Below, piece after piece: positions 1 to 25,300 of a stretch of DNA of 64,000 nucleotides (positions are counted from its first letter, which is position 1; each line of letters opens with the position of its first letter). Origin of the DNA: Bugula neritina (taxonomy: Eukaryota > Animalia > Bryozoa); assembly GCA_964035545.1 (NCBI GenBank), contig OZ037773.1, positions 1,269,751-1,333,750 on the forward strand, read 5' to 3'. A program made the translations under genes and the position numbers. Below the pieces are notes generated by a model, which was not told the origin of the DNA, ran no database searches, and saw only the letters and a list, made by a program, of their open reading frames with translations.

Positions 1-120
1 CATCCAGTCATAAATGCTCCTGTGCTCTATCTGAATAAGTCCTTAGCCGATTTAACAAAACCTTTTCCATCAGGGGTTTCCGTACAGGGATAGCGACTAT
101 AAACTTGTGTGAGCGAGTTT
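1..120 (+). mobile_element. 3' half of tRNA-derived SINE (truncated by window edge)
   Basis: Matches the 3' part of the copy at 12014-12225 (catccagtcata...gtccttag...cagggatagcgactataaacttg.gtgag). Confidence 0.8.
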
Positions 121-419
121 TTCACTGCCTACACTTGTTTAATGCAAATTTAATCAAACCCACCTAGGGAGGCCCCCTAAATCCCACTCTGAACAGATGT
201 AGGGCCCTGGTCTAAGAATTACAAAGAGTCCACATTCCTCTGCCAACTTCACATAGGCTCTACAGTAAAATATACAATGTAATAGTTTGGTTAGTAGATA
301 TACTTATATATAACTGCAATACGATTATTAATACTGGCTAACAGTAGGTACTATATGCTGGTCACCTTTCAGTGCAGTGGTTCTGCTCGAGTGGCGGGAA
401 GGTACTATGGTGTGCTTAC

Positions 420-1244
420 CTTAAATCCAGCATATCTTTGAAGTTGTATTCTCCACGACGTGGTTCATGCAGATTCCATGGCACATATCTGGAGAATATT
501 GATATATAATTATTTAGATTAATTAAGACATACACCTTATATATTTAAACTTATACAAAGGAGAATGTGTTGGACTTGACATAACAAAGTAAATACTAAT
601 ATAGTAGTACATACGTTTCCAGAACATTACAGCCACTTGATCTCAACTTTATTAAACGATCTCTCCAGTATTCTCTAGGAATTCTAAAGTAATGCATAGC
701 ACCACTGAATAGACGAGTCTTCTTTCCATCTATCCAGAACCAGTGATCTCTAGCTTCCAGTCCTCGAGTTCCCATTTTGGGAAATGTCTGACCTAAACTC
801 AAATATAAAAATATATTGTATTTCTTTGCAGATTGCACCACGTACCTTAAATTAGGCCGTTAGTTGAAAAGTGACCCAATAACAACCATTTAAATTTCAG
901 TAAATTACTAAAATTATAAATTGAAGATAAGTTTCTTGAGAGTTATGTTATGTTGTAGATATATAAGCATAATATTTTTAAATATTAAAAACAACTAATT
1001 TTACATAAACTATGCAACTATTAAAAAAAAATTCAACAGTAGTGATTAACAGTAATAGAAGTTTTAAATATGTTATTCATAGAGAATCTTACGAACCTGT
1101 ATTTGGTTTATAAGTGCCTTGCTTAATTTTAGAGGATGGGTTAGTGAAATGGTAAAATACATTCACACCAACTGCCATGCAGATAATCAAAGAAATTGGC
1201 ACTCTGAGAGCGACAATGACTTTACACAGAGATTTCTGTTTCAT
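420..1244 (-). CDS. Beta-galactosidase-1-like protein (GH35, GLB1L2/3-like), 5' exons; gene continues beyond the left edge
   Basis: Exons 1244-1097, 792-615, 488-420 with GT-AG junctions in frame. Translation: MKQKSLCKVIVALRVPISLIICMAVGVNVFY (signal anchor)...FWIDGKKTRLFSGAMHYFRIPREYWRDRLIKLRSSGCNVLETYVPWNLHEPRRGEYNF, the classic GH35 N-terminal motifs. Confidence 0.9.
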
Positions 1245-1859
1245 GTTAGTAGGCTGCTTTTAAAAATTGTCAATGTGAAGTACTTCAGCCAGAATAAATT
1301 ATTAAATAAAGATATCGATTCTTCTTGTCACAATGACAATCTTAATCTGTGTGAGATCAATACTTATTTATAATTATATGGTTTAACTTAAAGTATATTA
1401 AAACTAAAATATATTCCAGGAGTTGAACCAAAACTGGAAATTTTAGTCTGCAGATGCCGCTACTACAAGACACGTCAACGGGTAATGCCAATCGCCTAAA
1501 GCTAATGGTACTACTAGTACTACGTCTACTGGTATGAGTATTACATTATATTTAACTGGGAGTGAATTAATTACATATAATTATATCAATATGATATTCA
1601 TATTTATTTGATACAGTTAATAATTGTGTTTACAATTTCTTGAAAACATACTATATGGTAACAGATTATTAGTCTAATTCAGAATTTTACGGGCAGCCAA
1701 AAAAGCAGGCAAGGGTGTCAACTGTAAGAATGTATAGTGTTGTACTCACGTTTTGATGTTAGTGCTGTTTCAACACTTTCTGAATGATTGAGCAGGGTGG
1801 AATGACATGTAGCGTGGTAAATGGGAAATATGCTATTCGAAGAAACAAATAACACGTGA

Positions 1860-1985
1860 ATGCTCGCATTATAATTGGTCAGACACATAGTACAAGCTCC
1901 GCCAGTTATTTACTTTACAATGGGGACGGTTTGGCTTTTCGTTCCGATTATGCAAAAACATGGTTGAGCGCCAATTCAAAATTCA
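1860..1985. promoter_or_regulatory. Candidate divergent promoter between the GLB1-like gene and VRK1, with CCAAT box and E2F/CHR-like element
   Basis: ATTGG at about 1874; GCGCCAA (1968-1974) directly followed by TTCAAA (1975-1980). The two genes are head-to-head. Motif match only. Confidence 0.35.
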
Positions 1986-2790
1986 CATTGAATAAATTTA
2001 TTATCTTTATGAAAGAATAATTTTATAAACAGCTTCGAGCTAGGGGTGATGGAGTTTAATAGTTTAAGATTCTCAAGTTCAAAGTTAATGTAAATCAAGA
2101 CCTCCCCAACTTTAAACTCAAGAACGGCAAATTATTGCACTCAGTCAATGGTCATTCTCAATTCGGAGCTGTCTATAAGACAATTATTTTTGAATAGCTA
2201 ACCAACTTGTAAAATTTCACTTCATAATTCGTTAATTGATTTTAGCTTTGGAATCGCTAGGAATCGCGCTGTGGTGACTATTCACTTATAGTTATTTAAC
2301 AATTTTGAATGACATTTTGACACTGATATTCTTTTTAGTTTCGTGTTCACATTGACAATAATTATAATTTTGTTATTGGTATTTTTATTGTCACGCATAT
2401 TCATGTTGACTATTCATTGTGAAACTCAATCAGAATGTGATTGATCATTGGCATTTTGGATAAACTCAAAGTTGAAGATTGATTTTGAAATTAAACTCTT
2501 GCTGTGCACTTGTACTTTTAACAACTACTAGTTCTAGACTTAGTGGCTAGTACTAACAGTCTATTAGTATTAATAATCCAAAGAGTACGTCTTAATCTTA
2601 GTGATCTTGGGCTTGTGTAATCGTCATTCTGATTCTACCATATGATATACTCATATAGTTATAGTTGTACATATTCATATTGATCTTGGTGAAATTTGCA
2701 TTAGCTTGGGATTACTATTAAACTCTGACTGAGGCGGGAGACAATTTCAAGTTACAAGTACAACTTGAACTACTAGTACTAATACTAGTG

Positions 2791-13806
<11,016 letters not shown>

Positions 13807-14180
13807 CGGCATCCATAATTCAGTGCATGCTAAGCTGATTTACTAAATTACTGCATTCATTCTATCATACCTTTTCTTTTTTATATTTGACTCATTATTT
13901 GTATATATTGCCATGTTTATTATTCAATTTCAAATGAAATAAAATAATGTCGAAAAACCTATCAATATGGAAATATTTGATACCAGCATAAACATTGTGT
14001 TACTCAAGCATGACAAATGCGATGCAATGTGACCATACAGTAATTTTCTGCTAATTGAAATGTTCTCTTTGTTTCAATATAACTAAAAGAATGCGCTTTA
14101 TAAATACGAATAACCAAGTTAAGGAATCGAGTTTGTACGTCTTGCGACAGCCCTAGCTGTCTTGTAATAACGCAGGAGAA

Positions 14181-14854
14181 TCATGGGCGACAGAGTTTGC
14201 CGCTCTTACATCTCTCGCACAAGTCACTTCTGTGAGCAGGCACATCGGACCTTGTCTCGCCACTTCCCTCGAGTCGCTCGTTTTCATACGGCAGCATGCT
14301 GACCTTGCAGTCTTTACATTTTTGCTCCCATTTCGGCTGCAAATCGCCAAAACTGATTTAGTCATTGTGAAGCGTGACATCTAAGCAACACAAGTAATGC
14401 TTCTGAGTTACAAACGGCTGCAGCACACAGTTGGTCAAGGACAGTCAGATCAGTGTAGACAAAGTACCTACTCAATAAATGCTGTGGTGGTGCTAAGAAA
14501 GAAGAGTCAAGTTCTTACCTCAAATTCTCCATCACCTTTATATTCACAAAACACATTTGCACTCTGCCAGGTCTTCTCGCACTTGGAGCACTTAAAAGAG
14601 CCAAACCTTCTGTATTCATTGCCTACAGTCAGACTCTCAAGGTAATTGGCAAGATCATCAACTTCGTCAGAATCGTCCTGGTGGTCAGCTGGGTAATCCT
14701 GGTGGTCAGCTGGGTCATCATAATAGTCAACTGGGTCATCGTCATATTCAGCTAGGTCATCGTCATATTCAGCTAGGTCATCGTAGCAATCAGCTAGGCC
14801 ACCATAATAGTCAGCTAGGTCATCGGCAGTGTAACTGTCTCTATAAGATGACAT
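14181..14854 (-). CDS. ZAR1-like 3CxxC zinc-finger protein, paralog B (163 aa) with acidic Tyr-rich heptad N-terminus
   Basis: Exons 14854-14519 and 14336-14181 (phase 0, same intron position as paralog A). RRFGSFKCSKCEKTWQSANVFC..EFE/PKWEQKCKDC..PY...PAHRSDLCERCKSGKLCRP*. Exon 2 is in a frame not shown in the ORF track. Confidence 0.88.
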
Positions 14855-16404
14855 TGTTCAAGCAGGCTAACTAATTTAAAGGGTGGAAATGTTTTGAGTT
14901 CTGTGATCTGCGATCAAATAATGCTTTATCGGAATTCCCCAACTTATAAATCAACTACTACTGTATATCTTCTATTTATCCACTTTCCCTAGCTAACCAG
15001 CAAATTGAGCTCATTCCATGAGTTAACAATAGGAGATTGTTTCCAAGAAGAATTTCAAATAGGCATATCAGTACATGCAGTTTGCTATAGAAAATCTGTG
15101 TATATATATATACGTACATATATATTTTTTTTTAAATTTTGTTATTGCTAAATGTCACAAAAACAAAATTCCAAAGCATATTTGTGGTTTTGGTTATTAA
15201 GCAAATCTGAAGCTGGCAGCTGTCATTATCATTTGTTTTGCTGGATGTCACCATTCTGTTTAGAGCTGTTAACCTTTCAGGCCTTTAGGCTGCTCAGTGC
15301 AGCAACTAAGAATTGCACGCAATAGCATAGCATGCAATAGTTATAACTAGTATTAGTTTTATAGTAGCAATAAAGTATAAAAGCCTGCCTGAAATGTAGT
15401 TCGAAAGCAATCAGAAATCCCAACTCATTTCAGTACATACAGTATTTGCACAAAATTTATTATAAAACAAAATTGTTTATGCATACAACCTTAAAACAGT
15501 ATGCAAATGAAAACTAATATATATAAGAATATTATTTAAATACTGCATAAGTAAAGTGTGTCAGGGATTCTTAAGTTCTGTTCTCAATAAAAAGTAGATT
15601 TAGTAACAGGCCTGGCAAATTGCATTATCCTCATTGAGTAAAATCTGCTTCACACTGAAGCAATACAGAGGCTGTAAATATAAGAATCAAAAAGTGCATG
15701 AAAACGGATTTAAAACCGTACAATGATTCACAGGCTAAGTTTTAATATTTGAGAGCTGAATCTTATAGCATCACATTTTCACTATCCATTCTCTCTCCAC
15801 AGACACTACGATGATGCGAACATAAACAAGAGGAATGAGATGTATGAGAGAATATCTGCAACCTTTTCTAAGAATAGTGTATCCAACACTTAACAGGTTA
15901 TATCTTAAATATCTCCGGATAGTTAACTTCTGTGTAAAACTAATTGTTGAGGTCTTGGCAAAAGATAAAAGCTATGGCGAACAAAAATAATAGTTACATC
16001 AAGTTATAATTCATGTTACTCTAATAGACCACTCTATAGGTCTCTGGTGACCTCATCAAGTGGCAAGGTTTTCAGGGGGAACAACATGTTTTATTAAATT
16101 TGCTGCGCTACCTTCCTAAAGCAGACATGTGCCAGCTATAACAGTGCTGCATAACTAACATCATATAGATTTGTGTCCTCATAGAGATTGGATATTGAAA
16201 AGCGGACAACTTCAAAAACAAAAGCTAGAATAGGCTTCACACTAAAAATAATACTATGCAAATTGTGTAAAAACTAAAGAGACACAAAATATTTTTTAAA
16301 AATAACTATTTAAGCTAATAAAACAAATTGAAAACATTACAAAACTAACTATTGTAAATATTTGTAAGCCAGAACTTTTTCAAAACACTAAAGGACACAG
16401 TAGA

Positions 16405-16757
<353 letters not shown>

Positions 16758-19700
16758 CACATAGTGTAAGTGAATATACAGTATACAACATTAGAATGAC
16801 ACACGACACAGGTGGTATTTTGTAGACATGCAATTTTTAATTGCATTTTATAAATGCTTCATATAAAATTTTGAAAAATAAATTGAAAATTCATAAATTT
16901 AAGACATGAAATAAAATAATGCACTTAACATTAAAAGTTGCACAACTATTTTTAGAAACATGCATTTTGCAATTAAACTTGCTGAATTCTATATAAGTTA
17001 TAATGGTGGGATATTTGGTTGGTACACTTTGCTGATTGGCTGAGTTGTACATGGTCTATTTTTATGTAAAAAAATTAGAGGATAAGTTATACACATGCAA
17101 CATGTATGACTGCACCTATTATATCTTTGATAAGTTACAGGATTTATCATTCCATGCCAATGACAGTCTTATAGTCAATCTGAAAACAACCTACAAGTAG
17201 TATAAATATAGTGCCAGCTATTTAACACTGTATTGTATGCATTTAACTTGTCCCATTAAAATAATACTATGACTATAGAAATACAAGGTATGGTTAATAC
17301 AGGCAATTCTAACCTGCTGTAACTTAAGCTGCATGCCTTCTCTTTGTTTAAACTTCAGGCACCTCAATAGCTAATACAAGTACTGATAAAAATTGCTGTT
17401 GTTTGATCAGATTGTGTTGTTTTCTTCTTTTGGATATGAGACTTTTGTAAATGTATGAAATTGAAGTTACTGGTTTCCTTGTAATCTATCCTAGACACCC
17501 TATCCTGGAATATCTTTATGCTGAAATTACCTAACTATTACAAATAAATGTCAATAAACAATGCACACATTTTGTATTGGACAAGTCTGAGTCCAACAGA
17601 CTAAAATGGTATATAAACTCAATCTGCAATAATTACACCATATAGGCTATTACATTATGTTATTATGTTGCTTAAAAATCTATTACCTAAATTATTATAT
17701 CAGTTAAATAATGTACTGTACATACTTTAGTACTAAAAATTACTTTGCCTTTGTATTATAAGTGCAATAGGTACCTAAAAATAACATTATTATAATACAG
17801 TTACTATCATATGATATATCAGGAAGATCATGAAGATATATTTATGTGAAAACTATAATATATACCATGAAGATGACATTATTGTACTGTGCTAAAGAAT
17901 CAAACCAGAAAGATGGAGCCATCAAGTTGTGATGTCAAGAAGAGCACCTGATCATAGTTGACACTCTAACAGCTCTCAGAGTCAGGCTGCCAACATGGCT
18001 TTGAAGCAAAGCTTGTCATTTATATTCCCTGACTTCAATATCAGAGTATGAAAAGATAATATTCTCTGCATATGGTAAAATATTATATTGTGTGATTATA
18101 TGGTAGAGTTCCTATAGTGTAATATAACGTAATATAACGTAATATAATATAATATAATAATTATGGTATAAGGCAGTTGCAATACAATTAGATAATAATT
18201 ATAATGATAATAAAATGGTATCCAATGCATAAACATTCTGTGTTGTGGTAACTAAGTTATACCTTTGAAATAATCACTGGTGTCTCATAGGCAGGTTTTT
18301 TTTATCTCAGCCAGTTTAATGTTCATATGTGTGCAGAGCTATATCTGGTCTTTCCATTGCATCGTCAGTTCAATCTTGCATAGTTGCCTTCTCTTATGTC
18401 ACCGGTACTTGAATAAGTTTGGTTGCACATTTAGTCTACCTCTCTTCTGCTGCCAACGTAAAAGCAAGATTATTGCGGTTTAAAAACGTTCTCAGCAGTT
18501 ATAAACTGCACACAGCAAAGTTTTTAGTGTATTTCAATATGACAAAATTAGCAAACTAATTTAACATAATTACTTTTAATTTTTTAGACATATATAAAAT
18601 TGATAGTTGTCTAGCAGATTATTTATAAACTTACAGGTTTGTTAAGCCTAAAATTATGTAACAAATAACTAATGAAAACAAGTTTTGCTATTCATTTGAA
18701 TTTAATTCAGAGCTAAAGTTATTATTTAGTGGCCTCTGAATATGGTGATAAATTATTTCTAAGAAATTGTCAACATCACTACTTAGTTACTGTAGTAACT
18801 GCTCACTGCTCATCTGGTGTCTTTCCATGGCCTTATTGACTTGCGTTGGAACTAAGTTGGAGCAGAGCGACTGTCTATAGATTAAACTGACCAATATCAA
18901 ACTGAATTGATCTACGGTGTAGATCAGAAACAGAATGAAGCATATTATTACTCTAAAAGTACTTATCTAACATAAACATTGCATATATATTCTCATGAGA
19001 TTAATGAACATGCAGACAGCTTGTGTTAGCACAGAGTCCTGATTATTCTTTTGATGTAAGTTAGTTTCAAAATCAATATTAGTTATTGATGTTGTCATAG
19101 CAACTGTAAGCTGGGGTATACTTGAATAGTATTGACCTAATAATAGTCATTAGTTGTCCATATATAACCATTTCCCTGACAAGCCCTGGTGGGAGGGAGG
19201 GGGTCAGGTGTTGCCGTACCCCAACCTCACTGCTCATGAAAGGTAAGGTCACATGTCTACGGACTACTGCACTTTGCAGACAGAATGTATTTAAAGGCTA
19301 CACAGTAAACCTACAAGACACTTGTATTACTGGTTTTGAAACATCTAACAGTTTTCCTTTGAGGCATTTAGAATCAGTTCTCTCATTCTCAGAACAGGAA
19401 TAAATTTGGTGAGCTTTTATTGTTCATATTTCAGGCTACATTTAAATTTAGATTTAGACAGTATATAATATTGATGTGTACTGGAGCTGCACTTATAAAC
19501 TTCTATTGCCCATGTTTTCATTTTTATAATATTATTTAAATATACATTTAATAACTTAGGTCACACATTGGCCATTAGCAGTTTGTTTTCGTAATCTGGT
19601 GGCAAAATAAAGAATCCCATACAACTATAATAAAGCTGATATTAGAGAGTTTACTGCAAATAGTCATTGGCAAATTGGCTAGGGGGGAGGCAAGGGAGTA

Positions 19701-20832
19701 GGGGGTACTTTATTAGTCAGAAATTAAGCCACGGATATACCAACGCTCGTAGGTGTAAATGTATCGACCTACGCATATGTAGCCAGGTTGAAACTTCTAC
19801 ATCACAACTATCATTATGTTCACCATTCATCTTTTAGATATCATTATTTTAACTATTCGTAGCTGCTCAGGCATATATTCTACCATATATGCACCTTGAA
19901 GTAGTAACTTTCAAGTTTGAAGTGTGGCCATCATAGCAACATATGCGAACTACATCATTAGCATGTCCTTACATATTGTACTGTATGATAATACACCATC
20001 TCTCAGATTTACTCATATTTTTGCAGGGTCTGCCTGAAATACTTTAAATTGATGGTTCAATGTTCAATGTTCAATGTTCAATGGTCAATATTCAATAGTC
20101 AATGGTCAATGATTTCGCCTCAATAATTACCTTACATTTGACATTGACCTTTGCTCTTGCAGTCTTTCCATTAACTGAGGTTATGTTCGTAACACGTGCT
20201 AAGCTGCACACGTGCTATGCTCATGCTAACATGCATGCATTACCAGCATGTGCGGCTATCTCAACGTGTCATAAGTTTAATGCCCGTGTTGTGTTTTGTT
20301 CTAGACATACATAAACTGCAAAAGTCTTTTCAACTGGAGGTGTTGCTTTATTGTATTATTCCATAAAACATAATCTCACACAATATACTAATCATTTGAT
20401 TATTGATTGATTAGAGTGGCTATACAGTTTCTTTAGAATTCAGTAGCAGCAAAGTAGGCGACAGCGTTGATTAAGGTGTAAATTTATTTCAATTTTATTC
20501 AGCTTTTATTAGTATATCATTTGTACTCCATACTGCTACTATTTTGGTAATTATCTGTTGATGTAATGTATCACTTGTAATTATTTATTATATAGTTTCT
20601 AATTCATTGTTAATATTGCTACATGTATTTCGTATTGCTATTTGATTATTTATATACCATAAATTCTAAATAATGCTTGTTACTTTAGTTTATCTTCATG
20701 CTATTTTTATTACTGTAATTAAAGATTATAGCTGGTAACGTCAATCAATTAACAGAAAAAAATAGCGGTGATATTTATTTCTACACAGTGACAGAGTGTA
20801 ATATAATAGACAGAGGCTAAAGATTATTCACC

Positions 20833-22280
20833 ATGAAGAGAGTAGCAGTAATAGGGGCCGGGGCTGCTGGCCTGGCCGCACTGAGGTCTCTTAGTAGGTT
20901 TCAGCACAAGATAGAGGTCGTGGCATTTGAGAGAAGCAATCGAGTAGGAGGTACCTGGGTGCACAACGACCCCTTTAAACCAACGAGCATGTACGATAAC
21001 CTGACGTAAGTGGATTAGTTTTCAGTCTATTTTGGTGAATTCTCAACTTTATATAATTCCAATTACTAAAAATTTCATTTTTGTTGTTATTTTTCATTAT
21101 ATTTAATAATGAAATACTTAACTCTCGTTTATTAAAGCTTTAAGCTAGTCTACTAAATTATGGGTTTGGTTTTATGACATTCAAACATCCTTGACGGTTG
21201 TTACTTTTTCTACCTTTTTAATTAATTTTAACATTTTGTTAATTCATCGATTGAGTAAAAACATGAACACCGATCAAGCATATTATCTTGCGCTAACAAA
21301 TACGTGGTTGCTTTTATTTTCTTACATTTCATTTCTGATATCTTCCTAGTTTCATAGCAAAAATGTAACTTCTGATTATTTAATTCATTATTAGCTTCGA
21401 CAACAAGTAAATATGCTAATAATTAAAATTAAATATAGAGTGAAGATTCAGTCATAATATAAAATCATCAGTTAGATACAGGGTAAAGATTCAGTAATAG
21501 TATATGGGTCATTCTACTTAATTTAGTAAACACTGGAAACCTCCCGGTTTTAGCTATTTTTCACAATTTAGATTTTAGCCGCTAATGAACATTTTGCCCA
21601 AAATTAGTGAAACATTAAGAAACACACCTGATTAATCAAGGTTCTTCTTAATTTTGCATGATTTTCCATGTTTTTTTCTTTTTTATTTAGCTTATTTGAA
21701 TTTCGGACCGTTACTAAATAACCATAACGGTCCGCAATCAAAAGTAGCTGTAATTGGGAAAAAACATGGGAAATCAGGCAAAATTAAAAATAACTTTGAT
21801 TATTTAGGTGTATTAATTATTGATATTTTGCTAGTTTTGGGCAAAAATCCATGTTCATTAGCAGCTAAATTGTAAAAAATAACTAAAAACTTGAGATTTT
21901 CAGTGTGTACTAATTTAAGTAAAATGAACCATATATAATCATGAATTAGATACAGAGTGGAGCCTTGGTTAAAATAAATATACTCAGAAGTAAAATATGA
22001 GTGAAGCTACCGGTATAAATGATTAAATATTTTTCTAACCGAGCAGTAATTAAATACAAATTATTCAAAAACGTTATTTGGTAAAGACAAGCATAATATA
22101 TCTGGAAATGTTCCAAAAGAAAAATGTTTTAAACTTAGAGTTGTCACATTTTAGTATTAATCAGAATACTTTTACTTGTCGTATGATGGCTTCACATTGT
22201 CAGCTCCGGATGTTTCATTGTGAAATTTTGTACCACACACACACACACACACACACGCACGCACACGCACACGCACACGC

Positions 22281-22323
<43 letters not shown>

Positions 22324-25300
22324 ATCCCCTGTAACTGTTTAGTTTTATATAGCTAATAAAATGTTTTGGTCTAATGTTGCATACAGTAGCAATTGATATA
22401 TCTGCATTATCTATAAAAGGGGATAACTTTCTATGTATAGAACCAACCTACCAAAAGAGGCGATGGCATTCCCCGGATCACCATTTCCTTCAGCTATTCA
22501 ACACTCCTTCCTCAACCACCAAGAAGTGCTAGGTTACCTTGAGAGCTTTGCAAAACAAAACAATCTGCATGAGAAAATCAAAGTAAGTAATATTCTTATA
22601 GCCTCTACCTACTAATAAGAGATATATAACATTTACAGACACAGTAGATAATTTAATGTGTATATTATGTTTATTAGAAAATCATTATATTATTAAAATA
22701 TATTAGCTAACTTATAATAAAACTTCCATCTGCAGGGTAAGTATACAATATTTTCTATATTATGTATCTAGTCACTTACACTAAAACACTATAAAAGTAT
22801 TAAGCTTTAGCAGCTTTTTAAATTATTATTTTATGTTTTTCGACTTTATAAATCTCAGTGTTATAAGTCGCCCAATATAGAGCAACATTCCTAAGTAATA
22901 GATATAATATTATATAGCTTTATGTATCGAAAATAATTTTAACATTATTTGTAACATTATAATTGACTGATATGATAGTTTTAACCCATTTATCAACAGC
23001 ATTGCTTTTTTATCCCAGAATTAATCGAAAACTACTTTTACAGCTTTAAAAGACTAATGGATAGTTGCAACTACTTTCATTGTGATGGAAATTAATGCTT
23101 TTTATTGGTTGCATTTGCAGTTTTTATAATATTCAATAGTATGAGTATAACCCCTAATTTGTCTAGCATTTGATTAGTTTCCTCTCTCATTATCTCAAAC
23201 TTGTATTTAAATAACCTCTAAGCAACAGACGTAGCCAGACATTCGAATGGAAATTTTACCAAACTTTGGCTCTTTCTACCATGCATGACAAGCATGTCTA
23301 GCCCAGTTATTGAACTTTCTATAGTCTGCAATCTACGTTTGCTGTGTTTGTTTTACTGGAAAGCCCATCCTAGTACTGTAAAGGAAGTTGTGTTATCATA
23401 CTGAGCTTATACTATCATTAGAGTTAAAGTCTTGCACAAGACTGCGTTACCTAGGAACTTTACAGTTGGTTGGGTATTTTTCAAAGTGTCACACTGAAAA
23501 GTTTTAAAAAGGAAATTTCTTAAAATCATTCAAGTTGCATACGTCTGCTGTGATTGTACACGCAGTGCTTTCATGCCTGCGTGTACAACTATGTACATGT
23601 TATTCGTGTTCTTGCTTCTGCATTCATCAGTTCCGGCACTCGGTCCAGGAAGTTGACCCCATCTCCTTCTCAAGGAATGGCAGTGCCTCTGGCTGGAACG
23701 TCGACGTCAGAAATGAAAAAACTAGTGACAAGCTAAGCATGCAGCCTTTTGACTCAGTCATAGTTTGCAATGGGTAAATCAATGGCATTGACCCAGTCAA
23801 ACCAAGTTGGCTGAACTAACAAGCAACCATAACATGTTAAACTATTGATTAGGCTATATACTAACTATTAGTAACTATATTAGCTTATTAGCTATCATTT
23901 TTATTCACATTAGATTCAAGAGAATTTGCAGGATCATCAACATTACACTAAAAAGCTTTCACTGCACTTCAGTTGCACAAAAGTCGCACCTGTGACTGCA
24001 CATAAATTGATTTAATTAGTTTATGCAAAGAAATTTAGAATATAAGATCATAATGCTATGTAACCGAATAATCCACCATAATTATAATAATTGTACATAA
24101 AACAACTTTAAATAAATTAGGAAATTATCAGTCTGTCAAAAGGCTGCCAAACAGCATATTTAGTAGGAATTACCTTTATCTGTACTTACTAAGCTTGGGT
24201 AATCATTACACTAATAGTTTCATTAATGGAAATTGTATACTGTAGATATACATTATCTAATAGTTAGACTTTCATTGTCATACTTTTGTAACATGTCGAA
24301 ACTGTTTTAAATACAGTGAATGGTACTTCATTAAACATCATATTATTTATTTACCATAATTTTACTCTTTTCATTAGTCATTTATCTGCTGGAATTCCAA
24401 TGTTCAACCAGGAACTTTGGTATTTTAAGTTTAGTATTTCACTATAAGATGAACAAAATAATGGTAGAAGATACAATATATATTATGATGAAGTTCTAGG
24501 TGGGGCCTAGCATTGTGCTGGCTGTTAGATTAGACAAGGTTACGCCGCAAGGTGTAAACGCCATGCATGCTGGCAGCACCTTTTTATAAAAAGGAAAAGC
24601 TTGTATTCTAATTATTGTAACCATCAAAACAAACTAAATATTCACAACAAAGTTTGACAGGTAAGAATATTTGAACATGTTTATACATTACTCAACCACT
24701 TGTAGGCACTACTCGGACCCTTACATTCCAGACCTGCCTGGCATAGAGACTTACCTTGGACGTCTGCTACACTCGCATAGCTACAGAACACCGTCGGCTT
24801 TTAGGGACCAGACTGTGCTGGTGCTGGGTGCAGGCCCCTCCGGCAAAGACATAGCTGCAGACCTTGTGCCTGAGGCTAAGAAGGTAATCACTGAATATAT
24901 CTGAGGTGTAGAGTAATATACAGAAAGTATAGAGTAATATACAGAAAGTGTAGAGTAGTATACTGAAAGTGTAGAGTAATATACAGAAAGTGTAGAGAGT
25001 AATATACAGAAAGTGTAGAGTAGTATACTGAAAGTGTAGAGTAATATACAGAAAGTGTAGAGAGTAATATACAGAAAGGTTAGAGTAATATACTGAAAGT
25101 GTAGAGTAGTATACAGAAAGTGTAGAGTAATATACTGAAAGTGTAGAGTAATATACTGAAAGTGTAGAGTAATATACTGAAAGTGTAGAGTAATATACTT
25201 AAAATGTAGAGTAATATACTGAAAGTGTAGAGTAATATACAGAAAGTGTAGAGTAATATACTTAAAGTGTAGAGTAATATACTGAAAGTGTAGAGTAATA

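Noticed and set aside
1097-1244. Possible premature stop in the beta-galactosidase signal-anchor exon
   Set aside because: On re-reading, the frame is open and splices in phase at the 1096 donor.
14153-14380. Listed 75-aa minus-strand ORF as a separate gene
   Set aside because: Wrong frame; the real exon 2 of 3CxxC paralog B (14336-14181) is in another frame.
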